A stretch of DNA of 64,000 bases. Origin: an uncultured Acidobacteriaceae bacterium (lineage in GTDB: Bacteria; Acidobacteriota; Terriglobia; Terriglobales; Acidobacteriaceae). The notes under the pieces were generated by a model. It was not told the origin of the DNA. It saw only the letters and a list, made by a program, of their open reading frames with translations, and did no database searches. This document shows, in pieces, positions 9,900-19,533 of this stretch; position 1 is the first letter of the stretch; each line of letters opens with the position of its first letter. Made by a program: the position numbers and the translations under genes. The stretch covers positions 7,472-71,471 of the forward strand of contig CAXTRY010000005.1 in assembly GCA_964246805.1 (NCBI GenBank), read 5' to 3'.

Positions 9900-11809
9900 G
9901 ACTTCCCCGCGCCCATGGCCATTGTCTTCAGTAGCTTGCCGCCCTCCTCTACTACATATAGATGATTGGCTGCTAAATCCTTGAAGGTGTCCGTGGCCCC
10001 CGAAGGCCAGCGTATCTCAACCGCGTCGGCTTTGATAGACCGATCCAGACCAAAGTGGATGCGGAGATCGTTTTGCGAATAGTAGCTGCCGCCGCTCCGC
10101 ACCTCTTCAATCTGCACGAACGGTTTGCCGTCGACCATCGTTGTGACGCTGATCCGCGCGCCGATGCCGGAGCGATTCGCTTTGACGCCCACGGTCCGTA
10201 TCTTGATCCAGTTGCGTCCGGTGGTCGAGTCGCACCGCAGCAGCTGCGGCAGAGCATTCACGCAGTTCACGACCACGTCGAGATCACCGTCATTGTCGTA
10301 GTCGCCAAAGGCGCATCCGCGCGCTGTCGCCGCGTCGTTGATCCCGGGTCCGCCCGCAGCCGTTACTTCCTCAAATTGACCATTCCGTAGGTTGCGATAG
10401 AGGTATTTATGCTGCGCGTAAGGAGCATCGATATGGGTCCCATCAACCTCTGGGTACACATGCCCATTCGAGATCAGGAGGTCGAGCCAGCCGTCGTTAT
10501 CCATGTCGAAGAAGCCGACGCCCCAGCCAAGATAGCGCGTATTGACGCCGAGGCCGGAGAGATAAGTGTGGTCCTCGAAGGTGCCGTCGCCAAGATTCAG
10601 GTAAAGCGAATCGGTATCGCCGGCAAAGTTCGTCTTGACGATATCCAGCAGGCCGTCGCGGTTGAAGTCGCCGATGGACACGCCCATGCCGGCCTGCGGC
10701 TTGCCGTCGGGCGAATAGGCGATGCCCGCTTCGATCGCCATATCTTTAAAAGTTCCATTCTTCTGATTCTGGTAGTACGTCGCCGCCGTGGAATCGTTGG
10801 CAACATAGATGTCCGGCCAGCCGTCGTTGTCGATGTCCGAGACCGAGACGCTCAGCGCATACGTCCCGATCGTCTCCCACATCCCCGACTTCTGCGAGAC
10901 ATCGGTGAAGGTCCCATCGCCATTGTTGCGATAAAGGATGTTCTTGCCGCCATCGAGCCCCGGCGGCCCGCAGGCTACCTTAATGCCCTTATAGGCGCAT
11001 CCCGCCGCCTCTGGAAGGGGAGCCGTCTTAATGTCAAAATCGATGTAGTTGGCCACGAACAGATCAAGATGGCCGTCGCGATCGTAATCCAGAAAAGCAC
11101 AGCCGGAGTTCCAGCGCGTCTTGCCGCTTTGGAGCAGGCCCGCCTGCTTCGTTACGTCGGTAAAGGTCCCGTTGCCATTGTTTCGATACAGTACATTTTG
11201 ACCGTAATAGCTGACGAAGAGGTCGTTCCAGCCATCGTTGTCGTAGTCGCCCACGCAGCACCCTTGGCCCCATCCGCTCCTCGCAAGGCCGGCCTTGACG
11301 GTGACATCGGTAAAGGTCCCGTCGCGATTGTTTTTAAAGAGCCGCGAGACCGGCTCCTGAACTTTCGCAAAACCCTCCAGCCGCGATCCGTTGACTAAAA
11401 AGATGTCCAGCCAGTCATCCTGGTCGAAATCGTAAAAGGCGACACCGCAGCCGGTGGTCTCCAGAAGGAACTTGTTTTTGTGCTCGCCGCCGTAGATCGT
11501 TTTTGCATTGAGGCCTGCTTCGCGCGCCACATCGAGGAAGCTTACACCGAGCGGCGTTCCGGTCACAGCCGAAGGAGCCCCTTTGGGTGCCGGCCGTGGC
11601 TTTACTTCATAGGCCGGCCGCGATCCGATCTGCCCAGCTGTTTGATTAGGCGCGGCTGTCTGGGTGGGAGCGGCGAGCGCTAGAACATCTTCAAGCGATA
11701 ACACCATAGCGGATGCCGAAAGCGAGCGCAAAAAACCGCGTCGGCTCAGCATTGATTGATAGCGGGCGCGATCGCCGGCACTTCCAAGATCGCCGTCACT
11801 CATCGCCAC
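9896..11809 (-). CDS. CRTAC1-family protein with a Tat signal
   Basis: SRRGFL twin-arginine motif, FG-GAP repeats, ASPIC/UnbV C-terminus. Confidence 0.9.
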   Translation of the reverse strand: MAMSDGDLGSAGDRARYQSMLSRRGFLRSLSASAMVLSLEDVLALAAPTQTAAPNQTAGQIGSRPAYEVKPRPAPKGAPSAVTGTPLGVSFLDVAREAGLNAKTIYGGEHKNKFLLETTGCGVAFYDFDQDDWLDIFLVNGSRLEGFAKVQEPVSRLFKNNRDGTFTDVTVKAGLARSGWGQGCCVGDYDNDGWNDLFVSYYGQNVLYRNNGNGTFTDVTKQAGLLQSGKTRWNSGCAFLDYDRDGHLDLFVANYIDFDIKTAPLPEAAGCAYKGIKVACGPPGLDGGKNILYRNNGDGTFTDVSQKSGMWETIGTYALSVSVSDIDNDGWPDIYVANDSTAATYYQNQKNGTFKDMAIEAGIAYSPDGKPQAGMGVSIGDFNRDGLLDIVKTNFAGDTDSLYLNLGDGTFEDHTYLSGLGVNTRYLGWGVGFFDMDNDGWLDLLISNGHVYPEVDGTHIDAPYAQHKYLYRNLRNGQFEEVTAAGGPGINDAATARGCAFGDYDNDGDLDVVVNCVNALPQLLRCDSTTGRNWIKIRTVGVKANRSGIGARISVTTMVDGKPFVQIEEVRSGGSYYSQNDLRIHFGLDRSIKADAVEIRWPSGATDTFKDLAANHLYVVEEGGKLLKTMAMGAGKS

Positions 11810-12144
11810 ATATCCTTGCGCACGTCGCCAGTATAGAGAATGCGGAACGGTACTCGCAAACTCCAGACAAAGCCAAGCTACGACGTGCTTTGCATTGACA
11901 ACTTTGAGTACGAAGGTGCAAATAATTGCTTAGGTGACTAAGGCGGAAATCTATGGCTTTCAAGATATAAACAAGTATTCAAAGATGAATATCGGTAGGT
12001 AAAAATGAACTTAACTCAGCTTTTAGCCGCTATTCGGTAAAAGCACGACTCAAGCCGCGGTCTAAGTAAACGGTTCCCTGAACAGCGTTATAAATGTCTA
12101 TACGAATCAAGAATTACTTTTATGGATCAAGCGAAAAATTAGGT

Positions 12145-12174
12145 TTGACATCCACCCTCGCGGGGGCGTACTTT
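12145..12174 (+). promoter_or_regulatory. candidate sigma70 promoter for the TonB-dependent receptor
   Basis: TTGACA-18 bp-TACTTT in an AT-rich intergenic region. Confidence 0.4.
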
Positions 12175-12339
12175 TCGGTTGCTTCATAAAAACAAAAGTT
12201 CGTTTAGGTTAAGTTCCGTATGTTGCACCATCACGTGGTCCCCGTCACGCTTTCGATCATGACGGGAGCTATGACCGACACCAAAGATTTGGCAATACGC
12301 TTTACTCCGGGAGACCGGAAAGTTCAAGGGAGATACAGG

Positions 12340-15300
12340 ATGCTTCATAAACTTATACGCGGGACCGCACTGGGAGTGACTCTCCTCCTTTCGGCCTCGT
12401 CCAGCTTCGGGCAGGCCGTCTACGGCTCTATCTTCGGAACCGTCACCGACACGACGGGCGCAGTCGTTCCCAACGCCACGATCACCGTTACCGACTCCGC
12501 CAAAGGTACCTCGGTGACAGCCACCTCGAACGCCAGCGGCGAGTTTACCGTCGAGCATCTGATTCCCGATCCTTACGACGTGAAGATCGTCGCCTCGGGC
12601 TTTAAGGGCTATCAGCAGACTGGCATCCAACTCTTCGCCGATACCTCGACCAAGGTAGCCGCCGCTCTGACAGTGGGCGACGCGGCGGGCGAGGTCATTA
12701 CCGTCAGCGCCGATACGGTGGCACAACTCAAGACAGATCGCGCCGACATCTCTACGGTCTTCAATTCGAAAGAAATCGTCGATCTGCCGATTCCGGATCG
12801 CAACTTCACAAATCTGCAGCTGCTGCTACCAGGTGCGCAGCAGCTCGGCTGGGCCCACGCCGCCAGCGAAAACCCGCAGGCTTCCAAGCAGATTCAGGTG
12901 GATGGCCAGGCTTTTGGCGGCGTCGCTTTTGAGCTCGATGGAACCGACAATCAAGACCCGATTTTAGGAATCATTGTCATTAATCCGAATTCTGACTCGC
13001 TGTCTGAGACGAAGATCACGACGCAGAATTTTGACGCTGAGTTCGGCAAGGCTGTTTCGTCAGTCGTTACCGCTCAGACCAAATCCGGCTCAAACGCTTT
13101 CCATGGATCACTTTTCGACTATCGCGAGAGCAACGCCAATCTGGCGCGTGATCCTTTTAGCCAGACTCCAAGCGCGCTTAGCACCGTCAACCCTTTTCCT
13201 CAGGGATTGAAGAACCAGTTTGGCGGTTCCATTGGCGGTCCTATTCTCAAAGATAAGATATTTTTCTTTGCGGATTACCAAGGCTTTCGGCAAAAAATTG
13301 GTAGTTCAGTAGTCGCTACGCTTCCGACACCGCTCGTCACCTCTACTTGCCTAGGTCAAACTGTCGGTGCCAGCGGCATACCGGGCTGCGACTTCAGTGA
13401 ATACCTATCGCAAGGTCATATCCTTTATCAGACAGTTGGTACCGGAGCAAACACTACCTATGTGCCCTATGCCGGTAATGTAATCCCTCGTTCACAGCTT
13501 TCGGCGCCGTCTATCGCGCTTATTAATCAGCTCTCCGCTTTCAAGCCGAACAATGCCGGAAAGTTCCCGAGTGCCACGCCTGGCATCGGACTGGCTAACA
13601 ACTTTGCCGGCGGTGGTACCGGTATCTTCAATGGCGACCAGTGGGATGTGCGAGGCGATTATCAGATCAGTGAGCGCATTCACGCCTTCGGTCGCTTCAG
13701 CAGATTCACGGATACGCTCAGCGGTAAAACACTGTTTGGCGCGGACGGTGGCGCAGGTTTTGGACTTGGCGGGTTTGGTGGTACTTCGCTTGGCGCTAAC
13801 GACAGTCTTGCGCTTGGAACAGATATCGCCGTTAACAGCAAACTCGTTACAGACGTTCGTTTAGGCTACTACCGCTACAACATTAAAACGGCGAAGTACG
13901 ATGCAGGAACGCCTCTTGCCCAGCAGCTTGGCATTCCGGGTGAAAACCTCGACGCGGTAACCAGCGGCGCTCCGGCTTTCAACATCACCGATGCAGGTGG
14001 TTTTGGAGGACCGAACAACGGACGTGGGGCTGGTCCGCAGTACGGCACCGGTCTGAACATTACAGCTTGCAACTGCCCGCTCACTGAAAAAGAAGACCAG
14101 TTCCAGGTGGTCAACAACTGGACAAAAACGATTGGCAATCACAGCGTTAAGTTTGGTGCAGACATTCGCTACGCTCGCAATCTTCGTGTACCAAGCGATA
14201 ACAATCGTACGGGTGAGATGCAGTTCGGTACCGGTCCTACGTCAAACTCGTCGACAGGCGGCCTTGGATTGGCCTCATTCGTCCTAGGCGACGTAACCCA
14301 GTTCAACCGTTATGTCAGCACTTCTACAAACGCAAAGGAGTTCCAGAAGCGCGACTTCTTCTATGTGCAGGACACGTGGCGTGTAACACCAAAACTGACA
14401 GCCAATATCGGTCTCCGTTACGAGTTCTATTTTCCAGAGGCGGTCAACGCTCCTGGTAACGGGTCGCTTTTGGACCTCTCGACTGGTTTCCTAAAGGTAG
14501 CTGGCATTGGCTCAGTAGCTAGCGACCTTAACGAGTCGAAACCGGGTAATGCTTACAACCCGCGCATCGGTTTGGCCTACCAAGCTACGGATAAGACGGT
14601 AATTCGAGCCGGCTATGGACGAAGCTTCGACATCGGTGTCTTTGGCTCTATCTTCGGTCATGTAGTTACGCAAAACCTCCCTGTGCTTGCAAACCAATCT
14701 ATTTCCCCGACAGGTGGTCCTACGTCAGCTGCTTTCCAACTGGCAAACGGTCCAGCGGCGTTTGCTTTTCCAGCGGTACCATCTAACGGCCTTCTCCCGG
14801 CACCTGGTTATGCTGTAAGCCCGAAAGCCCGTCCCACGACACTTCGTCTTCCAACGATTGACGCATGGAACCTGAGCATTCAGCAGGCCATCACACCTAC
14901 CCTTTCACTGACTATGGCATATGTCGGTAACAAAGGCACACATACTCTAAGCGCTGGAGACGGCAACAATACTAACCCAAATGAAGCGGGTATCTTTCTA
15001 CCTGCTCAATACAGCGTGACAGGACAGACGCTTCATTACGACCCGAATGCCGGCAGCGGTATCTCTGGCACAGGTGGGACGAATAACAGTACGCTTCTCT
15101 CGCGCTATTATGGCGGTAAACTCGCTGCATGTTCAACTCCCGGCTATGGATTGGCTGCAAATGGTACTCCTCTCAATGGTGGTATTGCCGCCGGCGGCTG
15201 TGGCTGGACAAACGGTGTAAGTTACTACGGAGATGACCAGGACACCCATTTTAACGCCCTCCAAGTCTCGGTCGCTAAGCAGTTTACGCAAGGTCTCTCT

Positions 15301-16002
15301 TTCAATGCAAACTATGCATGGCAGCGAGCCTTCAACTTCAACTCGGGTTATGCCACGTGGTCGAAGCAGGCGGCCAAGGGCCGCGATGACTCGATTCGTG
15401 AAAACCAAGCCACCTTCTATGGTGTGTATGAGCTTCCGTTCGGGCGCAACCATATGTTTGTGAGTAACGCGAACCCACTCGTAAATGGTTTGATCGGTGG
15501 TTGGCAGTTCAGCCCTGTTCTTACGATCGCCACGGGTCTGCCGTTTACTCTCGGCTATAGCGAGTGCGGTGCCAGTGTTCCTGGTTCGGCTCCTTGCTAC
15601 GTCAATGGCAATGCCCGGTCGCTCCGAACAGGATCAAGCGGTACTCCTGGTCTAGGTAATGTGAAGTTCTACGATGCAGTTAATCTTACAAACGCGGGTA
15701 CGACGCTCAATCCGAATTCGCCTTTTTCGGCAAGTGCGCTGGACACCATCGGAAACTCCGGACGAAACAGTATTTATGGTCCGGGCTTTTTCAACGGGGA
15801 TCTTTCGCTCCAGAAGAACGTCACGCTACGTGAGCGCTACACCGCTCAGTTACGGGTCGATGCTTTCAATGGTTTCAATCACATCAACTATGGCAACCCA
15901 AACGGTAACGTCGAGCAGACAGGATCCATCACCTCCGGTCCCGGCGTCAATGGTTCCACCAATCCGCGCCAGCTTCAGTTCTCCGGCCGTTTCCAGTTCT
16001 AG
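12340..16002 (+). CDS. TonB-dependent receptor, Oar-like, with N-terminal carboxypeptidase-regulatory-like domain
   Basis: GSIFGTVTDTTGAVVPNA, TKSGSNAFHGS, NQFGGSIGGPI motifs; C-terminal PRQLQFSGRFQF ending in Phe; start at ATG 12340 after GGGAG. Confidence 0.93.
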   Translation: MLHKLIRGTALGVTLLLSASSSFGQAVYGSIFGTVTDTTGAVVPNATITVTDSAKGTSVTATSNASGEFTVEHLIPDPYDVKIVASGFKGYQQTGIQLFADTSTKVAAALTVGDAAGEVITVSADTVAQLKTDRADISTVFNSKEIVDLPIPDRNFTNLQLLLPGAQQLGWAHAASENPQASKQIQVDGQAFGGVAFELDGTDNQDPILGIIVINPNSDSLSETKITTQNFDAEFGKAVSSVVTAQTKSGSNAFHGSLFDYRESNANLARDPFSQTPSALSTVNPFPQGLKNQFGGSIGGPILKDKIFFFADYQGFRQKIGSSVVATLPTPLVTSTCLGQTVGASGIPGCDFSEYLSQGHILYQTVGTGANTTYVPYAGNVIPRSQLSAPSIALINQLSAFKPNNAGKFPSATPGIGLANNFAGGGTGIFNGDQWDVRGDYQISERIHAFGRFSRFTDTLSGKTLFGADGGAGFGLGGFGGTSLGANDSLALGTDIAVNSKLVTDVRLGYYRYNIKTAKYDAGTPLAQQLGIPGENLDAVTSGAPAFNITDAGGFGGPNNGRGAGPQYGTGLNITACNCPLTEKEDQFQVVNNWTKTIGNHSVKFGADIRYARNLRVPSDNNRTGEMQFGTGPTSNSSTGGLGLASFVLGDVTQFNRYVSTSTNAKEFQKRDFFYVQDTWRVTPKLTANIGLRYEFYFPEAVNAPGNGSLLDLSTGFLKVAGIGSVASDLNESKPGNAYNPRIGLAYQATDKTVIRAGYGRSFDIGVFGSIFGHVVTQNLPVLANQSISPTGGPTSAAFQLANGPAAFAFPAVPSNGLLPAPGYAVSPKARPTTLRLPTIDAWNLSIQQAITPTLSLTMAYVGNKGTHTLSAGDGNNTNPNEAGIFLPAQYSVTGQTLHYDPNAGSGISGTGGTNNSTLLSRYYGGKLAACSTPGYGLAANGTPLNGGIAAGGCGWTNGVSYYGDDQDTHFNALQVSVAKQFTQGLSFNANYAWQRAFNFNSGYATWSKQAAKGRDDSIRENQATFYGVYELPFGRNHMFVSNANPLVNGLIGGWQFSPVLTIATGLPFTLGYSECGASVPGSAPCYVNGNARSLRTGSSGTPGLGNVKFYDAVNLTNAGTTLNPNSPFSASALDTIGNSGRNSIYGPGFFNGDLSLQKNVTLRERYTAQLRVDAFNGFNHINYGNPNGNVEQTGSITSGPGVNGSTNPRQLQFSGRFQF

Positions 16003-16021
16003 CCGGCTGCTTATGTAAACC

Positions 16022-16047
16022 AGAGGAGAGCTTCGGCTCTCCTCTTT
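16022..16047 (+). terminator. intrinsic terminator hairpin
   Basis: AGAGGAGAGC-TTCG-GCTCTCCTCT followed by TT, after the receptor gene. Confidence 0.8.
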
Positions 16048-16061
16048 ACCTTGGTGCCTCT

Positions 16062-17156
16062 GTGCTAAACCGCTTTCTTCTTCTGTTGACCGCGTTCCTG
16101 CCGCTTGCCGCGCAAGCTCCTTCTGCGTGGCAACTTGGTCCCTTTGTCCGTCCGCTCGCCGCCCCGGTCATTCTGCCGAATCCTTCAACCGTGTTTGCCG
16201 ATCCGCTCTTATCCAAGCCCGTCCATTGGGAGGCGCTTCATACCTTCAATCCAGCCGCCATCATTCGCGACGGCAAGATCTTTGTTCTCTACCGCGCCGA
16301 AGACGATTCCGGCACAATGCAGATCGGGATGCACACTTCTCGTCTTGGTCTCGCATCGAGCACCGACGGCCTGCACTTCACGCGTCTACCTGAACCTGTG
16401 TTTTACCCCGCTGAAGATGCACAGAAGAGCCGCGAGTGGCCCGGCGGCGTCGAAGACCCACGCATCGTGGAGAAAGAGGACGGTACCTATGTCCTCACCT
16501 ACACACAGTGGAATCGAACAACCTTCTCGATTGGTATTGCGACCTCACCCGATCTGCTGCACTGGACCAAGCACGGTCCGGCATTTCTTGGCGCGCGCGG
16601 CGGAAAATATGACCAGCTTCGCTATAAGTCCGCTGGGATTGTTACGCAGCTCCAATCAGGGCGTCTTCTCGCGGCGCGCATCCATGGGCAGTACTGGATG
16701 TACTGGGGCGAAGGGGCTATCCATCTCGCGATCTCACCCGACCTCATCCATTGGGTCCCGGTCGAGGACACGACCGGCCAGCCCAAGACGGTCCTCTCCA
16801 AACGGTCCGGCCATTTCGACAGCGGCTTTCCCGAGGTGGGTCCGCCGCCGCTGCTCACCGCGAAAGGTATTGTCGTGTTGTATAACGGCAAGAATGATCC
16901 GGCTTCCGGCGATCCTGCTCTCGGCGCGAACGCCTACGCCGCGGGGCAGGCTCTCTTCGGCGCTGACGATCCCTCCACTCTGGTCGCCCGTGACGAGGCA
17001 CCATCCCTGAAACCGGAGCAGCCTTATGAGAAGACTGGCCAGTATGTCGCCGGAACGACCTTCGCGGAGGGTCTCGTCCGCTTTCACGACCAATGGTTTC
17101 TGTATTACGGCTGTGCTGACTCGGCCGTGGGTGTCGTGACTACTCAGAGTCGATAA
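16062..17156 (+). CDS. GH130-like five-bladed beta-propeller glycosidase or mannoside phosphorylase, secreted
   Basis: TFNPAA, GGVEDPRI and YYGCADS motifs; signal peptide. Confidence 0.85.
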   Translation: MLNRFLLLLTAFLPLAAQAPSAWQLGPFVRPLAAPVILPNPSTVFADPLLSKPVHWEALHTFNPAAIIRDGKIFVLYRAEDDSGTMQIGMHTSRLGLASSTDGLHFTRLPEPVFYPAEDAQKSREWPGGVEDPRIVEKEDGTYVLTYTQWNRTTFSIGIATSPDLLHWTKHGPAFLGARGGKYDQLRYKSAGIVTQLQSGRLLAARIHGQYWMYWGEGAIHLAISPDLIHWVPVEDTTGQPKTVLSKRSGHFDSGFPEVGPPPLLTAKGIVVLYNGKNDPASGDPALGANAYAAGQALFGADDPSTLVARDEAPSLKPEQPYEKTGQYVAGTTFAEGLVRFHDQWFLYYGCADSAVGVVTTQSR

Positions 17157-17163
17157 GCGAAAC

Positions 17164-18876
17164 CTACTTTACTATCGTTTCTGCTTTTTGCCGCTCGAGC
17201 GCAGCTTCCGCTGCGTTTCCTTGCCGGGCGAGCGCCTGACTTAGGGCTTGGTGTGCCTCGGCATACCCAGGATCGGCAACAACGGCCGTGCGTAATTGGC
17301 CTACCGCCTCGGCAACTTTACCTTGTTGCAGCAGCGATACACCGCTCTTGAGCGCGAAGTCCGCCCGTTGACGGCTGACGGCCACCCGGCTCAGCTCGGC
17401 TCCAATCTTGCGCTCGGCGGCCGCTCCCTCACGATCGCCCTGCAGGGCCAGCAAAGCCGCCAATGTAATGTGCGGACTCGGTTGTCCGGGCAGCAGCGGG
17501 ATCGCTCGCCGTAGCGCCGAAATTGCATTTTCAGGCTGCTCTTCCTGCTTATAGATATTTCCCAGTACTGACCATGCCTCGCCGTTTTCGGGACGCATGG
17601 CCGTGGCTCGTTCCATCTGCGCGGCGGCGTCTGGGAATCTTCCGACCTGCATGTAGAGAATACCCAGGGTGAACGGCGGGTCGGGCAAAGCGGCGTCCGC
17701 GGCTTCGGCTCGTTCGAACTCAGCGATCGCCTCGGGCACTTGATCTTTCAGTTTCAACGCCAGGCCAAGGTCATAATGGAGCCCGGCGGTAAGCGGCGCA
17801 CCCTCATGCGGCAGCGCAAGGCCGGCACGAAACTCCTCTATCGCGTGATCGAGGTCGCTTTGCTGCAAGTAAGCCACGCCAAGGTCCTCACGCAGCGTTG
17901 GGTTCGCCGGCTCCAAAAGCAGCGCGTGCTGATACAACGGCACTGCGTGTGCCGCGTCTCCAGTCTGCACTAGCGCCAAGGCGTAGTTCGTCAGCACTGC
18001 TCCATCCTTTGGCCTTGCCACCATAGTCGATTCAAATAAGGTCAGAGCCTCTTTACTCCGACCGGCGTTCTGTAGAGCGAGCGCCAGTTCGTATGCCGTG
18101 GTGGCATTGTCTGGCGCAAGCTCATGGGCTTTCCGAAGGGTTGTAACGGCCGCCTGATCGTCGTGAGTGGCAGTCTGCGCATGGCCAAGCTGCACGAGAA
18201 CGCCGGTGTCCGTCGGCGACAATTTGGCGGCTGTTTGCAGCTCCACCAAAGCCCGCGCCGAATCGTTCCGCGCAAGGTAAAGCTCGCCCAGATGAGCATG
18301 GGCCGAGCTCAATCCGGCATCCAGCGCGACGGCTCGTTTAAATTCGGGTTCAGCCTCTTCAAACCGGCCCTGCTGCGCCAGCACCGCGCCCAACGCGTCG
18401 TGCAGCGAAGCGTCTTCCGGCGTGGCGTTGGTGGCACTCTTTAATTGTTTTGCAGCACCGGTGATATCGCCGGTGCCTGTCAAAGCCGTGGCGTAAGCGA
18501 TCGTCTGGTTAGGGGTAGGGACGGTTTCTGGAGTGAGCATTCGAAACGCGGCCACGGCCTCCGTAAAACGGCCAACCGCGCTGTAGGCTACCGCAAGATT
18601 TTCCGTAGCGGTCTTGTCTTTTGCGTCCAGCTGATGCGCCAGTTCCAGTTCAGGGACTGCGGCGGACGCCTTTCCCTCGGCTAAAAGTACCGCACCGTAG
18701 GCACTGTGCCCGGCACCCACAGCGGGCGTCAGCCGGACTACCCGGGCGAACTCCGCGTCCGCCCGGCTCAAATCGCCCGCCTGCATGGCCGCATAACCGG
18801 CGCGAAAAGCCACATCGGCCGCCCGCGCCTGCTGCGCTGTTTGAAGAAGGAGGGCCGCCATTGCCAGCGAGATCAT
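17164..18876 (-). CDS. tetratricopeptide repeat protein
   Basis: Multiple Ala/Leu-rich 34-aa TPR units; signal peptide. Confidence 0.9.
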   Translation of the reverse strand: MISLAMAALLLQTAQQARAADVAFRAGYAAMQAGDLSRADAEFARVVRLTPAVGAGHSAYGAVLLAEGKASAAVPELELAHQLDAKDKTATENLAVAYSAVGRFTEAVAAFRMLTPETVPTPNQTIAYATALTGTGDITGAAKQLKSATNATPEDASLHDALGAVLAQQGRFEEAEPEFKRAVALDAGLSSAHAHLGELYLARNDSARALVELQTAAKLSPTDTGVLVQLGHAQTATHDDQAAVTTLRKAHELAPDNATTAYELALALQNAGRSKEALTLFESTMVARPKDGAVLTNYALALVQTGDAAHAVPLYQHALLLEPANPTLREDLGVAYLQQSDLDHAIEEFRAGLALPHEGAPLTAGLHYDLGLALKLKDQVPEAIAEFERAEAADAALPDPPFTLGILYMQVGRFPDAAAQMERATAMRPENGEAWSVLGNIYKQEEQPENAISALRRAIPLLPGQPSPHITLAALLALQGDREGAAAERKIGAELSRVAVSRQRADFALKSGVSLLQQGKVAEAVGQLRTAVVADPGYAEAHQALSQALARQGNAAEAALERQKAETIVK

Positions 18877-18902
18877 CAGAGATTCAGTCTAGCCGCGCCT
18901 GC

Positions 18903-19427
18903 TTATTGTGCCGCTGGTTTGAGGCTGACAAAGCTACGTCCCGCATAGAGCCGGTACTCCCCGGAACTCGCTCCTTCCAGTATCTGGAGCGGGGTCGGCC
19001 TTCGCAGCTCCACATCCTTCGTCGAAGCCGTCGTAAACAGGTCATGCGCGCCGATATCCTGCACGACGAACTTGTCCCCGGCGATAAAGCCGCAGCCATA
19101 CGCCCCCGGCATCAGGCGTTGTCCGCCGATGTCCAGCGGAACCTCGGTCAAAAGGTAAGCCTGATATTTCTCCTGCACCTGCGTGGAGTAGCCCGAGGTG
19201 TCGACTAGCGCCACCAGCATCATGCGTTTGTCGCCGAACAAAACGCCGCCGGAGTTGCGGGCCTGCACGGGCGCGCTCTGACCGCGAAAGAACACATTGG
19301 CCGGTAGAGCTTTTTGCACCTCCGCCGCCTTCATCACGCCGGGTGTAACGGCAGGCGTGTCGGCCTGTGCGAGCATCCCCATCGGCATCGCACATGCCAT
19401 CAACACAATCTGTAGCCAACGCCGCAT
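18903..19427 (-). CDS. secreted hypothetical protein
   Basis: ATG 19427 (MRRWLQ) preceded by AGGAG; signal peptide and globular body. Confidence 0.7.
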   Translation of the reverse strand: MRRWLQIVLMACAMPMGMLAQADTPAVTPGVMKAAEVQKALPANVFFRGQSAPVQARNSGGVLFGDKRMMLVALVDTSGYSTQVQEKYQAYLLTEVPLDIGGQRLMPGAYGCGFIAGDKFVVQDIGAHDLFTTASTKDVELRRPTPLQILEGASSGEYRLYAGRSFVSLKPAAQ

Positions 19428-19533
19428 TAAAGTCTCCTGACCTACCCGGAACATCATACCTCTCCGCTCCCCGTTACACCATCCGTCCCTTGTCTGCACT
19501 AGACTGAATCGACTGGCCGGAGACTCTTTTCCT

